From assembly GCF_006345805.1 (NCBI RefSeq), contig NC_043002.1:52824001-52888000 (forward strand): 64,000 nucleotides of DNA. The letters are read 5' to 3'. Both the position numbers and the translations under genes were made by a program. Below the pieces are notes generated by a model, which was not told the DNA's origin, searched no databases, and worked only from the letters and a program-made list of their open reading frames with translations. Below, piece after piece: positions 27,801-42,430 of the stretch (positions are counted from its first letter, which is position 1; every line of letters begins with the position of its first letter). The stretch comes from Octopus sinensis (Eukaryota).

Positions 27801-28948
27801 TTTTTCTTTTACTACTTCAGTTTAATTTTTTTGGTAAACCTCAAAGCTTAGAAAAGCAATAGATATCTAGAATAACTTTGAAATAGTTATCACTTTAAAT
27901 CCATCAAAATTTATTTAATATTTAACTATGGCCGTGAACTTATAAAATACATTTTTTCTATTTAGAGTAAAAAGAAATGTCTATTTGATTTTTGACTAAT
28001 AGAAAGAAAGAAATCATAATTAATTAAAATGTTATAAGATTTATTGTTAAACAAATCACATATATATCCTAATCACATTTCTTGAAAAAGAAATCACAAA
28101 ATATTTCAATATAAGTGATAAAAGATACAGAAATAAATCTTTCTGTAGAGTGAATAAATAAAAATATTTTGAAACTACCTTCACTCACCAGGTTAGCAAA
28201 TGATGCTCTAATTAACAACAATGTTTAATGACTAATCACAATTAGTTTTATACACATTTTGTGTACATGTGCACAAATGTAGAAATGTGCATGTGCGAGT
28301 ATAAATGAATGCATATGCATCATATACACATAGTTTATGCATGCACTGTACATATACACACAGTATGTATGTTATTGTATATGCTTCCTTATCTATTAAT
28401 ATCTATTAAAGTTCTCAGTATATAATTGTATGGTATCATGAATTTGAAATTATACCTAGCTTATAAGCACAATTCATCTGATAAAGGGAGGAACTGTGAT
28501 TACCAGTAAGAAAATTTCCTACAATGAACAGGGATCACTTCTGTACCTACAGGTCAATTCTGTGGGTCTGAAAGATATCCATGTACAAAAATTCCATGTG
28601 TGTGTGTGTTGGTAATTAAAGATGTGTGGCAATTAAACACAAACAGAACTAATAGCAAGAAAGAAAAGAAAATTTGTAAGTTTGATTATGAAGTTCTTAG
28701 AGAATGCAAATCTTGATTTATATTCTGTTAATAACTATAAGTGAATATAATACTTCTCAACAAACAGACATTGTATGTATTTTCAAAAGTGGAAAAAAAT
28801 TTAGATTGTTAGAACCAGAACCAAGCTGTTCTAATTAGTTAGAAGTAATTTGAACATTGCGTATTTTCTCTTTCGGGGAAGGTTTTTTTTATTTTACATA
28901 CATATATGCATGAGTGATTTTGTCTGTCTGTCTGTATGTATATGTATG

Positions 28949-28995
<47 letters not shown>

Positions 28996-30310
28996 TATTA
29001 CAAAAAACATTTTATACAGTTTTTATCAGCAGATTAAGCTTAAATAGAAAACAAATTTGGTGGGAGTGGGGTTAAGTCATTAGATAAAAATTATTTTTTC
29101 TGTGTTTATATTTTTTGTTGTTTTTAATTTTGAGAGTGGTGAGGGAAAATCAAATGAGATATTCCAGATGGCAGCATGTGCATCAGAGAAAGTAGTATAA
29201 AGCTATAAGAATAGTTTGGGATCTCATTATGAGGAAATAATTGTGTCATTGTACTTTAGAGAGTAATATTTATTACCATGACACGTTAATTGTAGAAAAT
29301 TCTGTTAGACGACACACATGCATGCATATATATTTGCATATGTACATATACATATATGCATACATACATACACTTATATGCATACATACATACATACATA
29401 CATACATACACTCAAACGCACACATATGTATACAGATACATAAAAATACACGCGTATATGTATACATACACATCTATCTATATAAATATATACACATACA
29501 TATCCCAATATGTTCAAAAAGAAATAAACAAAATAGAATTATTCATAAGGGATATGAAAAAAAAAAAAGGGATATTAAAAAGTATTTACTACAGAAAAAT
29601 GTTTTGACATAAACACAGTTTGTGTCTTTGCCAAATTAGGATCATATTTATATTTTGAAGGAAGTAAAAACTAGAGATATATAATTTTCCTTTCTTTTTT
29701 TCACTTTTACTTTCCCAGAATTTGGATTATTTGGAACAATTCCTTTTCTTTTTTTGTTTTTTGTTTTGCGTTAAGATAAAATGATGGAAGAAATGCTATG
29801 AAACCAATAAATATCTTTGTTTGAGAAATTGCTTTTAAAGAATTATTTAGGACAAAATTTGCCACAGACAACTTTTTAGAAGCAGTTCAGTTTGGATTGT
29901 TGGATTTTTAATTAATTAAATACATTTATCCTGTATTGTTTTACAATATTTTATTCTTAATTATAATTTTTGGTTTTTAATGTTGCCTTTATCATATTAT
30001 GCGTGTCATTTAACTTAAACCCTCCATGAAAATATTGCACTAACATTAGCCAAATGCAACTGACTGCAAACTGTGACTATACTGCACTTAATAAAACAAC
30101 TAACATGGAAAAAAGATTGCAAACATTGAGTACACTTCTGGTGAATTTACACTTTCTGGACAAGAAATAGCCTCCAATGAGACAACAATAGAAAATGTTA
30201 TCACAATTTTCCAACAAGCATCAAAAAGACCATTATTGAACAGAAATAGAAAAAGAAACAAAATAACCAAAAAGCTTACATATAAACAGACTGAATGTAG
30301 ACATATCATG

Positions 30311-30341
<31 letters not shown>

Positions 30342-30436
30342 AAGATATAGTAGCTTCTATTATATGTGATTATCAGCAAACAGTGTAATTCATTAATAAA
30401 ATATACTACAAAATTTGAGAAACTGAAAATGTCAGC

Positions 30437-30511
<75 letters not shown>

Positions 30512-31369
30512 TATTAAAAGCTATATGATGGAAGGGTTTGAGAAACTATTTAAATTAAAGAGTTTTGGCATTTTGCTATCAAAATAATTTTTTTTTTTAA
30601 ATGTGAAGTCACAACTGAAAAAGAGTTAAACATTGTGTAAAGCACAGACTAATTTTTTTATTACTTTCTTTCATCTTAAAGAACATACACATATATTCAG
30701 ATGATTATTTTTCATCACAACACTGTTTATATGAACATTAACTGTTGTTGTTTTTATTATTATTATTATTGTTATTATTATTATTAGTTTAACAAATTAT
30801 CAGATTGTTATTTTTTGTTTCCATACATTTTTTGAAATAATTTTCAAATGATTCCATGTTTTCCTTTTTTTTCTTCTTTTTGTATGTAGTCATTGTTAAA
30901 ACATATTTAAAAAAAATTTTTGCAGTTGATAATTTGAACAATTTTTATTTTTTCTTTCTTTTTGCTATATACTTTTTTCTCTCTCTAAGCAACAAGAAAA
31001 AAACAAAAAGAAATGAGGACTGCAATATTTTCATCAAAACATGCGCACAAATTACAAACACACACACGCAGACGCACAAAATATATTCAAAGCAAATTTT
31101 TCCTATTGCACATGTCACATTATAAATATATATATATATATATTTATATAACTTTTAGTTAGTAAAAAGAAGATGAGATCTTAATTGTTATGTCACTTAA
31201 AGAATATACCAACACAATGAATATGTGGAGGTGGTAGTGGTGTTTGGAGAAGGGAAATGGAAAAATAATAAATAAATTCAACCTCCCCACCCACGCCCAT
31301 CAACAAGCAACATTAAGTTAGATAAAATATTTATCAAATAATAATAATAATCCACTTTACTAATTTGTT

Positions 31370-31678
31370 TCTAACGTAGGCAGAAAGTTTCAAATTGTTT
31401 TTTTTATTTCTTTTTCAAGGAAAAGAGTACTGTTCAGATTGATGTACTCCTTCCTCCTCCACCTCATATTCCCTCAGTATTTCACTGGTATTCATTTTAT
31501 CATAACTCCTCACACCTCCAGAAGTTAAAAAAAGACAACAAAACAATGAAAGGCAGAGTTAACCCCCTAGGCAGGATTTGAAGATTTTGAAGACAGAACA
31601 TCAAAAGTGATAGTGGTTAAACACCACAATGCATTTTGTCCGGCACTCTAAGTCAGCTAATCCGCTGCCATCACAAGC

Positions 31679-31725
<47 letters not shown>

Positions 31726-31938
31726 TAATGGTTTCAAATTTTGGCACAAGGCCAGCAGTTCCTGGGAGGTAGGCAGGTCGATTACATCGACCCCAGTGCT
31801 GAACTGGTACTCATTTTATCAACCCAGCAAGGATGAAAAGCAAAGCCAACCTTGGTGGAATTTGAACTCAGAATGTAAAGACAGGCAAAATGCCACAAAG
31901 CTTTTTGCCTGGCATGCTAACAATTCTGCTAACTTGCC

Positions 31939-31973
<35 letters not shown>

Positions 31974-32106
31974 TATTATTATTTTTAACATAGGCACAAG
32001 TCTACAAAGTCTGGGACAGAAGGAGGGGGTTTGCCAATTAAATCAACCCCAGGACTTGAACAATGCTTTATTCTATCAATCCAAAATGGATGAAAGGCAA
32101 AGTCAG
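31370..32106 (-). mobile_element. three tandem SINE family A copies (one degenerate, one full at 31728-31940, one truncated) with (AAT)n spacers
   Basis: Reverse-complement core ggatgaaaggcaaagtc and tail ttggcacaaggcc. Confidence 0.85.
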
Positions 32107-33692
32107 CATATATTTTGTTCCTTTTTTGCCTTTTTAATTCTTTTCTTTTTTTCTTCTTGATATCATTTGGAGTAAAAACAAAAATGTTATGAGATGTTTT
32201 ATGTGCTTGAAATTGAGGAACACATCCATAAATCCAAACTGAGAAACTTGTATTGTCTTCAATGTAAAATTTTATTGTATTGCCAACTGTGAGCTTCAAA
32301 TCTAGAACAGAGAGTTCTTAAAGGGAAACTTGTTATGCCATATATATATCGCTCATCTCACAATGATGAGCACATATATACATACATAAATTTATATATG
32401 TATTTGTTTGAGATATATATATATATATATTTATATATATACACACACACACACATACATGTGTATACACAAGTATGCAAAAAATATAATATTATCATAT
32501 TGCATGAAAAAGAAATAAAAATAGCAAGATATTTATGTAGATATAGAAAGTCCTTACCTAAAACCTCTCATGCATTCTACCGTTTTTTCATGTGAACAGG
32601 TGGGCTATATTCATTTCTATATAAATTGAAGCCACCTTAAAGAATCATTAAATTACTGCAAAGTCCTGATATTGTTCTTTCCTAACCATGTTGCTTTTTA
32701 TCTCGCCCTTCTGCTTTTCAAGCACATATGTTACTAACATGAAACCTAAGGTTCCAGAATAATTTGAATTTAATTTCATTAAAGATTTTGAACTCTACCT
32801 TCCAGTAATGAGTGCTGTCTCATTTCAGTTCATTGCAGTTAAGGTTTATATATGTCTGTACATATGGGGATATATATATACACATATATCATCACACACA
32901 CACACATATGTATATATATATATATATATATACACACAAACACACATACATATAGATGTCTTTGGTGCTTTGCCCACATGTGCAAAAATATTCTGCAGTG
33001 TTAATAAAAAAATTAGTGAATGGATTTGAGTTAGGAGAAATACACACACACTCACATTACATGCACACACACATATATATATATTATATATATATATATA
33101 TATATTATGTATATATATATTATATATATATTTCCACACATGCAGATTAGTGAGAACACTATTTCAAAAAAAAAAAACCCCAAAATCTAAGAGTAATGAA
33201 ATAGAAATGCAAACAAATATTATCATAAATTACATGTGACTCAATAATAATCTCAAACAATTTTCCTTTAGTCTTCATTAGCTAATGTAATTATGTGTTC
33301 CTATCATCACCATAAAAAAATAATTGTTGTTGTTATTATTTTAATTATTATTATTATTATCATTATCATCAGTGTTAGAAATCATTGTTATTATTTATTT
33401 ATATATAGTTATTGTTATTATAATTATTGTTATTTTTTAATTCAAGTTCTTTAGTCATTTTTATTTATTAAGAAAAAAAACATTTTTTCAGCCGTCCCGG
33501 CTGATGCTATGGTCAGGCATAGCCAGATTTCACAAATTTATTTTTGGTTTCTCACATTTCTTTATGCCTCCCAATTCTTTAAATATTTACTCTCCTCTTT
33601 TCTCTTGCTTCTGAAGTCAGGAGTGACCAAGCCTGCTTTGAACCATGGATATGAAGACTAGACAGAGTAATGGGGTGGGGTATAAGGTGAGA

Positions 33693-33963
<271 letters not shown>

Positions 33964-34224
33964 AAAGGAGATTGAATCAGGTGTCTGAGGTAGAAACCTT
34001 AGGATACAATTTTTCACACTTTATGGGAGGGAAAAGAAAGAGGAGGTAAGTTTTTGTTAGACAGCACAAGATGTGAAGAAAAATGGAGAAACACTGTTAA
34101 TTGTAGCATATTTCACAAACAAGAAAAGTTCTACAGTTATACTCACACTTCACATGGATAAAAATGAAGTTCCACCACACACTCATATATACACGTGTGC
34201 ATGTATGTGTGTGTGCACACACAT

Positions 34225-34256
<32 letters not shown>

Positions 34257-35108
34257 GAAGAGAGTGACATCTTTTCTTTGCAGCTCAGTAACTAGCAATG
34301 GCCATACTCATTATTAAACTGAGTACCATACTCATGTGTGTGTGTGAATGGGCGAGTATGAGTGCATGCACATGTGTGTATATACATACACACACACATG
34401 CATGTATGTACATACACACACACATGCATGTATGTACATACACACACACATGCATGTATGTATGTATGTACGTGTATGTAAAATAAATATATGTGTGTGT
34501 GTGTACTGTTTGTTTTCATGTGGCAAATGTTGTATAGAGGCATGGATAGGTCTGTCTTATTTTTTTTCACCCGCTCTCTCTCTTGAAATGAAAGCAATAT
34601 GGACAATTTCCAAAACAACGGGGAAAAAAAAATTAACTTTTGTAACAATACATAATACATATTGCTGGAGAGTGGGGAATGGGGTGAGGAAAGGCCACTG
34701 AGCAGCATTGTTTCATCCTGACCCATGAACGAAAAAAATGTCAATGTACTTTCTTCATAGTTCCTTTGTCCTGTTCTCAGTGATTTCAATTTTATTATTA
34801 TTATTATTATTATTATTACATCATTACTATTATCCTTATTATTATTATCATTATTATTATTATTATTTTATTATTATCATCATTGTTGTTGTTGTTGTTT
34901 TGTTAGTGGTGTTTTTTTTCATAGTTGCAGCAAATCCTGTTTTGTGGGTGTTTATTATTGTTTTGTTTTTCATTCATTTTTTTTTTTTTTATGAATCAAA
35001 TAATTTAGATGACCCTTTTAAACAAGATCTTCACTGTTGTAAAAAAAAAAAAACAAAAAAAATTCATGCAAAGTGTTGTCATATTTTTTGGTTTATTTTG
35101 TTGTTGAT

Positions 35109-35144
<36 letters not shown>

Positions 35145-35611
35145 TATTATTATTTTTAGTTTTAGCATGGAGAATAAAAATAAGTTTAATGACAGAATAT
35201 TCTTTCTTTTGTTTGCATCTTTTTGTTTTTTTTTTTTTTAAATAATTTTAAATTTTTTTTATATATTTATATTATGTATGGAAGTAATTTTGTAAAAATG
35301 GATGGGAGAAGGTGGTTACTGAGTGTCTTTTTGCTGTTCTTTTTCTTTATTCTTTTTTTTTTTTTGTTCTTTCCATAATTCATATAATTCTTAAATAATA
35401 CCAATTTCATCACACTTGTAGAGAGGGAACAGCAATCTGTAGCACAGCAGCCAAAAACATTAAAAGTAAGTCGTTTGGCTTGATCAAATGCACAGTGGAG
35501 GCAGCAAAGTCAGCCAGTGAAATGTAGCAGTTTTTACAGCGCACGTTTCATCGTTTGTCTTCTTTTTGTTTTTGTATAATAAAAACAATCAGGTGGCCCA
35601 CTTTAGATAGT

Positions 35612-35988
35612 TTAGAAAGCCTCAATGTAACAATAGCTCATTAAACTGGTCAGCAAGATGTATATGACCCAGAATAGGATAAAAATGGAAGCTGCCACAT
35701 GTCTGTAGACGGGAGGCCCGCCCAACTCACCGCCGACCTTCTTGTGTCTCCGTAACACGAGAATGAGAGTTGTAAAGAAAGCAAAGACACAGAAGACTGT
35801 GACAGAGAATGCCAAGGTTCCTGGATGGACGCGGAACACTGATCCATTGGCAGCATGGTAAATAGCTGCAATACTCCAGGCAATGCCAATTCCAAGGAAT
35901 ACGTTGACAGCATTGCTGCCAGTAACATTACCAATTGAGGAATCTGCATATTTGTCATTTACAGCAGCTACTTTACTGGCAAAAGTAT
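35612..35988 (-). CDS. NCX: NCX terminal coding exon (alpha-2 repeat second half, last TM helices, stop)
   Basis: tcttaattgtag|AT ACT TTT GCC...; translates (D)TFASKVAAVNDKYADSSIGNVTGSNAVNVFLGIGIAWSIAAIYH...RRHKKVGGELGGP...SYCYIEAF, TAA at 35612-35614. The NVTGSNAVNVFLG and GGELGGP motifs identify SLC8. Confidence 0.98.
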
Positions 35989-36304
35989 CTACAATTAAGA
36001 AATAAAGAGCATATATGAATATCATAATTAACAGAAATGAGATAGTTTTAATTACATAAAAGTGATGATTGTGATAAATTGGTGACAATTACAAGAAATG
36101 CTTGATATTTACAAGAATGTGATTAAGTTACACAAGAAAATAGTGATTTGACAAAAAACAAAACAAAAATAGTCAAAAAGAGAGGAGAGCAAAGTGAGGG
36201 TCTTTACTGGAAATTTTTAACCATGAATTTTCTTGATTAATGTTGGCTGGGGACTAAGTGACAACAAAATAATGCATATTGCTTTAATTAAACCAATTCC
36301 AGTG

Positions 36305-36880
36305 TCTTTTATCTTTTACATGTTTGTCACTGAATCCTGGCCATGCTGGAGCACTGCTTTGAAAGGTTTAATTGAACAAATTGACCCCAATACTTAGTTT
36401 TAAAGTCTGGTACTTATTCCATCAGTCTCTTTTGCTGAATTGTTGAGTTACAGAGACAAAAACAAACCAACACTTGTCAAGAAGTAGGCAGCATAGCAAT
36501 ACACACACAATTGGCTTCCACACAGTCTCCACCAACCAAATTTATTCACAAGGCATTGGTTGGCCTAAAAGGGGAAAAGACCCATTTTGGTCATAAATGC
36601 CCATGGGATTGCACCGAGAGAGTTCCTCTCTGAGGCACAAGCCCGGGCAAGGTTGTTTATGGAAGACTAGAAATCGCCCTTGCATACTAGCCTCCTCTCT
36701 TTGTGCCACTGATGTTATCCAAGGGAAAGACAAAGGCCAATACAGCTTGGTACCAGTGACATCAAAACTCATTCATATCATGAACTAGAGCAACATGAAA
36801 TAAAGTGTCTTGCTCAAGAACACAACAAGCAACTCAATTTGTTTGGCCAAGAGCTATAATAAAAAGACTCTTGCTCATAA
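36305..36880 (-). mobile_element. SINE family C remnant with nested SINE family D fragment (36571-36830) in the last NCX intron
   Basis: Similarity to 13957-14399 and 16267-16605. Confidence 0.8.
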
Positions 36881-37079
36881 AAAAAAGAGAGAAAAACTGA
36901 ACCCGCCTTAATTCTAAAATATGTAAAATATGAGCAATGCTGTGACACATTTCACAGACATATATAAATCCTCAGATTTGCTCACGGACACAAACAATCC
37001 TTGAATGATACAAATGAGGTTATATGACAGAAATAATATTAATAAGGAAGACTCAGTATGATGTAAGTAAAAATATTAC

Positions 37080-37238
37080 CTGGGACACTGGTGCCCAAAG
37101 CTACAAAGGAAACGGCAGTTACAGCATCTTTCAGACCTATCGTGCAGCCAAAATGACTAGCAAAATCACCGATGAAGGCAGTCAAAACACCAATGAGACA
37201 GATGCTTACTGTAAAACATGCCCAACCACCCCAGTATT
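37080..37238 (-). CDS. NCX: NCX internal exon, 159 nt, phase 1 to 1 (TM helices, first half of alpha-2 repeat)
   Basis: tttctcttgcag|AA TAC TGG ... GTC CCA G|gtaat; translates (E)YWGGWACFTVSICLIGVLTAFIGDFASHFGCTIGLKDAVTAVSFVALGTSVP. Joined to the next exon it gives the GTSVPD alpha-2 motif. Confidence 0.98.
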
Positions 37239-37681
37239 CTGCAAGAGAAATGAAAAGTTTTTTTAAAAATTCAAATACATAAAAAAAGCTTTTATACATT
37301 TTTGAAAGAAACAGATGAAATCACTGGAACTAATTTAATCCGACTTCTAGTGACCTTGTAGAATTACCATATTTGACAAATCTTCTCTGGCATATTACAG
37401 AAATGGTTTGTCATATGCCTTGCTCATGAGTTCAGTACTATCTGACATAACTAATTCATCTCAGTGTCTATTTAAAGCTAGGTAGAATGGGTTATGGGCA
37501 ATATTGAGAGTTTTGAACCACAGCCACTGGTACAATGTAAGACTCTGAGCTGAACATGAACCTCTTGCCTTTTAGCTGGATGTCCAGTAACTTGTCTATT
37601 AGATATTCTATAATCTTAGTCCTTCCAATGAGCTACACAAAGTTTTCATCAACTAAATTTCACTCACAAGGCTTTCGTCGA

Positions 37682-37895
37682 CTTTTTAGTATTCTGTTAA
37701 ATGCTATGCTTATTCATTCATATTATTTTGTATTAATCATGCATTATCTCATAGCTTTGAAGTTTCACTGATAAGATTGATTATTTTTAGAATGTCAATC
37801 TTGGGTAGGTGTAAGAGGCTTGATATGGCCAGTATGAACATAAAACAGATAGAATATTTGGACCAGTTATGGTCGGTTTAAATGCTGAAGGATTG
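37682..37895 (-). mobile_element. degenerate TTAA/CCC MITE copy, inverted relative to 38721-39375
   Basis: Shares taatcatgcattatctc, taggtgtaagagg and tttaaatgctgaagg in reverse complement. Confidence 0.7.
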
Positions 37896-38720
37896 ATCAT
37901 GTCTGAACCAATATACACACACATCATTCATTGGAAACAAGAGTCACATGAGAGCACCTTCAAATTTCCTGTTTAGATAGTGCAGTAATTGCAACAAATG
38001 GCAAGCATTCAGAACCAAATCACAGAACTACATTGTGAGGAAATATTTAAAAGTGTTTCTAAAAAAGAAAACACTCTAAGGGAGAAGGGGGACAATTCCA
38101 TTCATGAAATCTAAGTTATGCCCCTTTAATCCAATAAAGAATATGAAGAGTATCGTTATTGTTGACTGTTTAACCTTTAGTACACTGTACTAGAATTGTT
38201 TCCCCTGTCAGTGTCCTATTAGTATAGGGGAGAAAATTCATACATGATATACCTACAGTGTGCTAAAGGTTAATACACTTAATGTCCTTTAATTTGATGT
38301 TGTCATCTAAAAAAAAAAAAAATAGGTGCAGCAGTAGTTGAATGGAGAAAAGGCTGAAGTGCATTAAAACTGTCAGATAAATCTGGTTAGGCAGGTGTGT
38401 CTTCCAGTTTAGTAATAAAAATTTGTTTAGATGCATATGTCTTGTAAAGATCTTTGACCTCAAGATTATTTAGGAGGTCAGTGCTGTTCTTTGATCTAAT
38501 AAGATGTGTATCCTTTCCACTGTAAAGAGCAGTACACAATGTATGTGACTGAGTTCACTAAATAATTAATACTTGAAAATAACTTCATCAGGAATATAGA
38601 ACAGAATTACAGTCAGTAAAAAAAAAAAGTCACAGTGCTTTCATTCATGAACGTGTCAGCTAGACTTGTAAGAAATATCAGTTAAATATCCTTAAAAACT
38701 CACCAAGCCTACTACCTTAA

Positions 38721-39375
38721 CCCTTTAGCTTTTAAACCAGCTATATCCAGCCCAAAAATTCTATGTTTTAAGTTCAAACCCACCAGATCTGACCTATCAC
38801 ACCTACTCTACAATGTCATACATATTTGAAATCTTGAAGCTACAAGATAATAATTGCTTAATTCACACAATGTGAATAAACTTGTGAAGACCTGTTGAGG
38901 CAAGTGAGGATCAGAATCGAAATCGATCAATGGAAATTGCAGATGTGTTACCAGTGCTGGTGGCATGTAAGAGAACCATCTGTTCGTGACCGTTGCCAGC
39001 ACCGCCCCGACTGGCCTCGTGCCGGTGGCATGTAAAAAGCACCATCCGTTCGTGTCAGTTGCCAGCCTCGCCTGGCCCCCGTGCCGGTGGCACATAAAAA
39101 GCACCATCTGTTCGTGGCTGTTTGCCAGCTCTGTCTGGCACCTGTGCGGGTGGCACGTAAAAAGCACCCACTACACTCACGGAGTGGTTGGCGTTAGGAA
39201 GGGCATCCAGCCGCAGAAACACTGCCAGATCTGACTAGTCCTGATGAAGCCTTCCAGCTTCACAGACCCCAGTTGAACCGTCCAACCCATGCTAGCATGG
39301 AAAACGGACGCTAAACGATGATGATGATGAATAAATAAACATAATATTAGACATAGTAATCTAAATGATAAAGGG
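38721..39375 (+). mobile_element. piggyBac-like MITE containing a nested SINE
   Basis: TTAA|CCCTTTAGC ... GATAAAGGG|TTAA ends with TTAA at 38717-38720 and 39376-39379. Confidence 0.85.
38881..39327 (+). mobile_element. young 5'-truncated SINE family E with internal ~59-bp tandem repeats and (GAT)n tail
   Basis: Four units containing GGTGGCA(C/T)(G/A)TAA; tail CCAACCCATGCTAGCATGGAAAACGGACGCTAAACGATGATG; flanked by the duplication TGAATAAA; CpG-rich. Older tails at ~53760-53945, 54595-54690 and 55411-55472 (-). Confidence 0.9.
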
Positions 39376-39904
39376 TTAAAAAAAAAAGAGCATCTTAGAC
39401 AATGTTACCCAAGATGCCCATCCTATCACCAACCACTTTACAAAGGGTACCAGGTGAGGTTTATCTTAGCACCAGCACTAGTGAGGTTGACTTGCATCCC
39501 ATGAAACTAAGAACCCACACTATTCCGAGATGTGTTAATTTGCTTAAGATATAGAGTGAGAAGGTGAATAGAGAACAATGGCAGAAGTGCTAGGAGGACT
39601 GGGAAGAAAGAGAGCAAAAGTATATAGTAAAGGGAGGGTGCAAGTGGTAGCTGAAATCATGTGATAGATGAGTGCATCAGAGCTCAGTTTGCATGAGTTG
39701 CTAAGTCATATTTTTTGTTCCTGGTTTTCATCGATTTAAAGACTGACATCACACACACAGGTATGATTGTATATCCTAAACTTAACAGCCAGGTATGGAA
39801 AGTACAGTTAAATGAGAGCAGCTCACTCTAGATATATTTCATGTTTTCTAGCAACAAATTACTCACCAAAACAAATAATACTTACTCATTGCTAATAGAC
39901 TTAC

Positions 39905-40015
39905 CTGTTGGTGGTACAAAAGCAAACAACACTTTCCAGAACAAGCAGACAAAATGCATGATGTAATCCATACAAGAAGGGAGTTTTTCTTCTTCACCAT
40001 CGTCGTCATCATCTC
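39905..40015 (-). CDS. NCX: NCX internal exon, 111 nt, phase 1 to 1 (acidic linker, LPSC motif, amphipathic helix)
   Basis: ctgttttag|GA GAT GAT GAC ... CCA CCA ACA G|gtaagt; translates (G)DDDDDGEEEKLPSCMDYIMHFVCLFWKVLFAFVPPT, typical of SLC8. Confidence 0.97.
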
Positions 40016-40465
40016 CTAAAACAGTAACAGTATTGTTTGTTCACATGCACATACATATCATATACACATAAGTACGTTCTTCATATATACCAATAAAATT
40101 ATTGATTCACCAGAACACCAGGTATATGTTTATTTAAAAAGGAAATATAAAATAAGAATATACCATAAAACAAAAGTTTATTCATTAAAATGTAAAGGCT
40201 GAGTGTGTGCATACACACACACACAAATATATATGGAAGTAGTATGGGGCACTATGGCCTCTTGGTTGAAACAGCTGTAAGATACTATCCTATGCTCTTA
40301 GTTATATATTTTAATAATTACTGGTATTTTTATATATTATATATGTAAATCATAATATGTTATACATGTATGTATATTGTTATAATTGTCTTTAAAAAAA
40401 TAGACATAATATAATGTCTAAAAGTTGATGAATACCACCTCTTGATCCCCTCCATTTTCTTATTG

Positions 40466-40507
<42 letters not shown>

Positions 40508-42213
40508 GTGCACTTGTTTCAATAAGAGAGAAAGTACTTCATCATATGCAGAATTTATATCATTTGTAAGCTATAAATATTTTACAATTCTATAATATTG
40601 ACTATACCTTATCAAATATCATAAAATTCAGATTATATAAAACTGTGACACCTGGATATATGTGTGTGATTATTTATTTTTACTTTTTTATATTCATTAC
40701 ACTGGGAGGCATCTGTTCTGTTACTGACTGCTCAAACTAGCAATGAATGCAACTTTCAAGAAGTTAAATCCTTTCTATAATGCTTGTCCATTTCAACTGC
40801 TAACCTGAAGATGTTGGAACAACTACTCATAATATTGACTTCCTATGTAAGGACCTACATTTTTAGAGAAAGGGAACATTTTATGTAATGCTTGTCTTTC
40901 CAAAGGGCAAGGCAGTAAGTGCTCGGTGTGGAAAAAAGTGTTGCCCTTAACTTTTATAGAACGAAAATGAATTACAGTAGCTTAAGAAAAGTGTCTCATC
41001 AAAACAACAGATTTGTTATGATTAACAAACTAATTAACATGTCCAAAATGTTCTCCTTTGTGTTCAGCACAATGACAAATCTTACCAGCAACACTTCTAG
41101 AAACTATTTGACACATTTCTATGTCAGAAATTGCTTAATTTAAATTAGGAATTATTTTCAGCTTGAGTCTGTAAACAACATCTTTTAGTACACTCACGAG
41201 AAAAAGTCAAGTTGTGAGCATGGTAGCCCTATGCCATTCTATACACCACTCAAAATTAAGATTCAACCATTGCTGAGTGCTTAATATATACTATAAAATA
41301 CATACAAACTAAAAAAATAAAAATAAAAACTTATACAGTAGAAACCTAAAAACAAATTTAAAAAGGTATTACTTCTTCTGCACCCTGTATTTACTCAACA
41401 ATAAAAATCATGTTGTGAACAGAGCTTCCTTTGAGCTCAATATTGTATAGCTTATTATATGGTAAATCATATTTTGGTCTTCTTTGTTAAGTATAAAATC
41501 AATGTCTAAGAAGGCCCACCAAGATGTTTTTGAGTGTCTAGAAGCAGCAACACTGTCACAAACATTCATAAACTAAACTCCAGTTGCAAGTTTTATTTGA
41601 GCTTTGGAGAAGGCTTGCAATTGGTCAAAGCTGAACAATTTACAAGGTGCCACAGAGGTACCGTAGTTATAATATATATAATACATAATTAGAGATTTAT
41701 AGAAATGACTGTTATGCTGTGGGAACTATTTACAACATAATACTCTATGCAGTTGCTTGGCCTGCTAAAAATATCAACAAGATCTCTTTCAAATTAACAA
41801 AAATTAAGGACACATTTGACAACGTAGTCAAGGATGCACAAAATTTTTTATAAATATGAGATGGTCATATCTGTACGGCTCCACATTGATTCATTTCAAA
41901 AAATTTATTCAGATGTAAGAATTGTGATTTTACTTTAGCATTAAGTGCTCAATACTAATGTCTATATGTTTGTAGTAAATTCTGAGTTCTTTTGCTAATT
42001 ATTAATTATCAATAAATGATTGATATTATAAGGGATGTTTTAATCTAAGAGCTAAAATTTTCCTTTGGGCTTATATATGGAAAGGCTGAACATTGGTGAC
42101 ATAATAAAGACTACCAACAACTTCAGAGTGTGGTTATGATTGCCATAGCAGAAAAAAAGAAACTGTAAACACTAAGCACTTATCAAACATATCATGCATA
42201 TTGTATAATGCAC

Positions 42214-42214
<1 letters not shown>

Positions 42215-42281
<67 letters not shown>

Positions 42282-42290
42282 TATATATAC

Positions 42291-42322
<32 letters not shown>

Positions 42323-42363
42323 ATGTATATATATATGATTGTATGTATGTGTATGTATGTATG

Positions 42364-42421
<58 letters not shown>

Positions 42422-42430
42422 GTATATATG
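42215..42430. repeat. (TA)n/(TG)n compound microsatellite
   Basis: Seen directly. Confidence 0.95.

Noticed and set aside
35989-36088. N-terminal 33 aa of ORF 35612-36088, and the flanks of ORF 37039-37299
   Set aside because: Intronic read-through; NCX similarity starts and stops at the AG/GT sites given in the features.
38950-39170. Regularly spaced repeats resembling a CRISPR array
   Set aside because: The apparent spacers are similar to each other; it is the internal tandem repeat of a SINE in a eukaryotic intron, with no cas genes.
41373-41384. 12-nt segment GGTGCAGAAGAA between cag and gtaata
   Set aside because: No pyrimidine tract next to the AG; in the required phase it would put GCRRR before the acidic linker.
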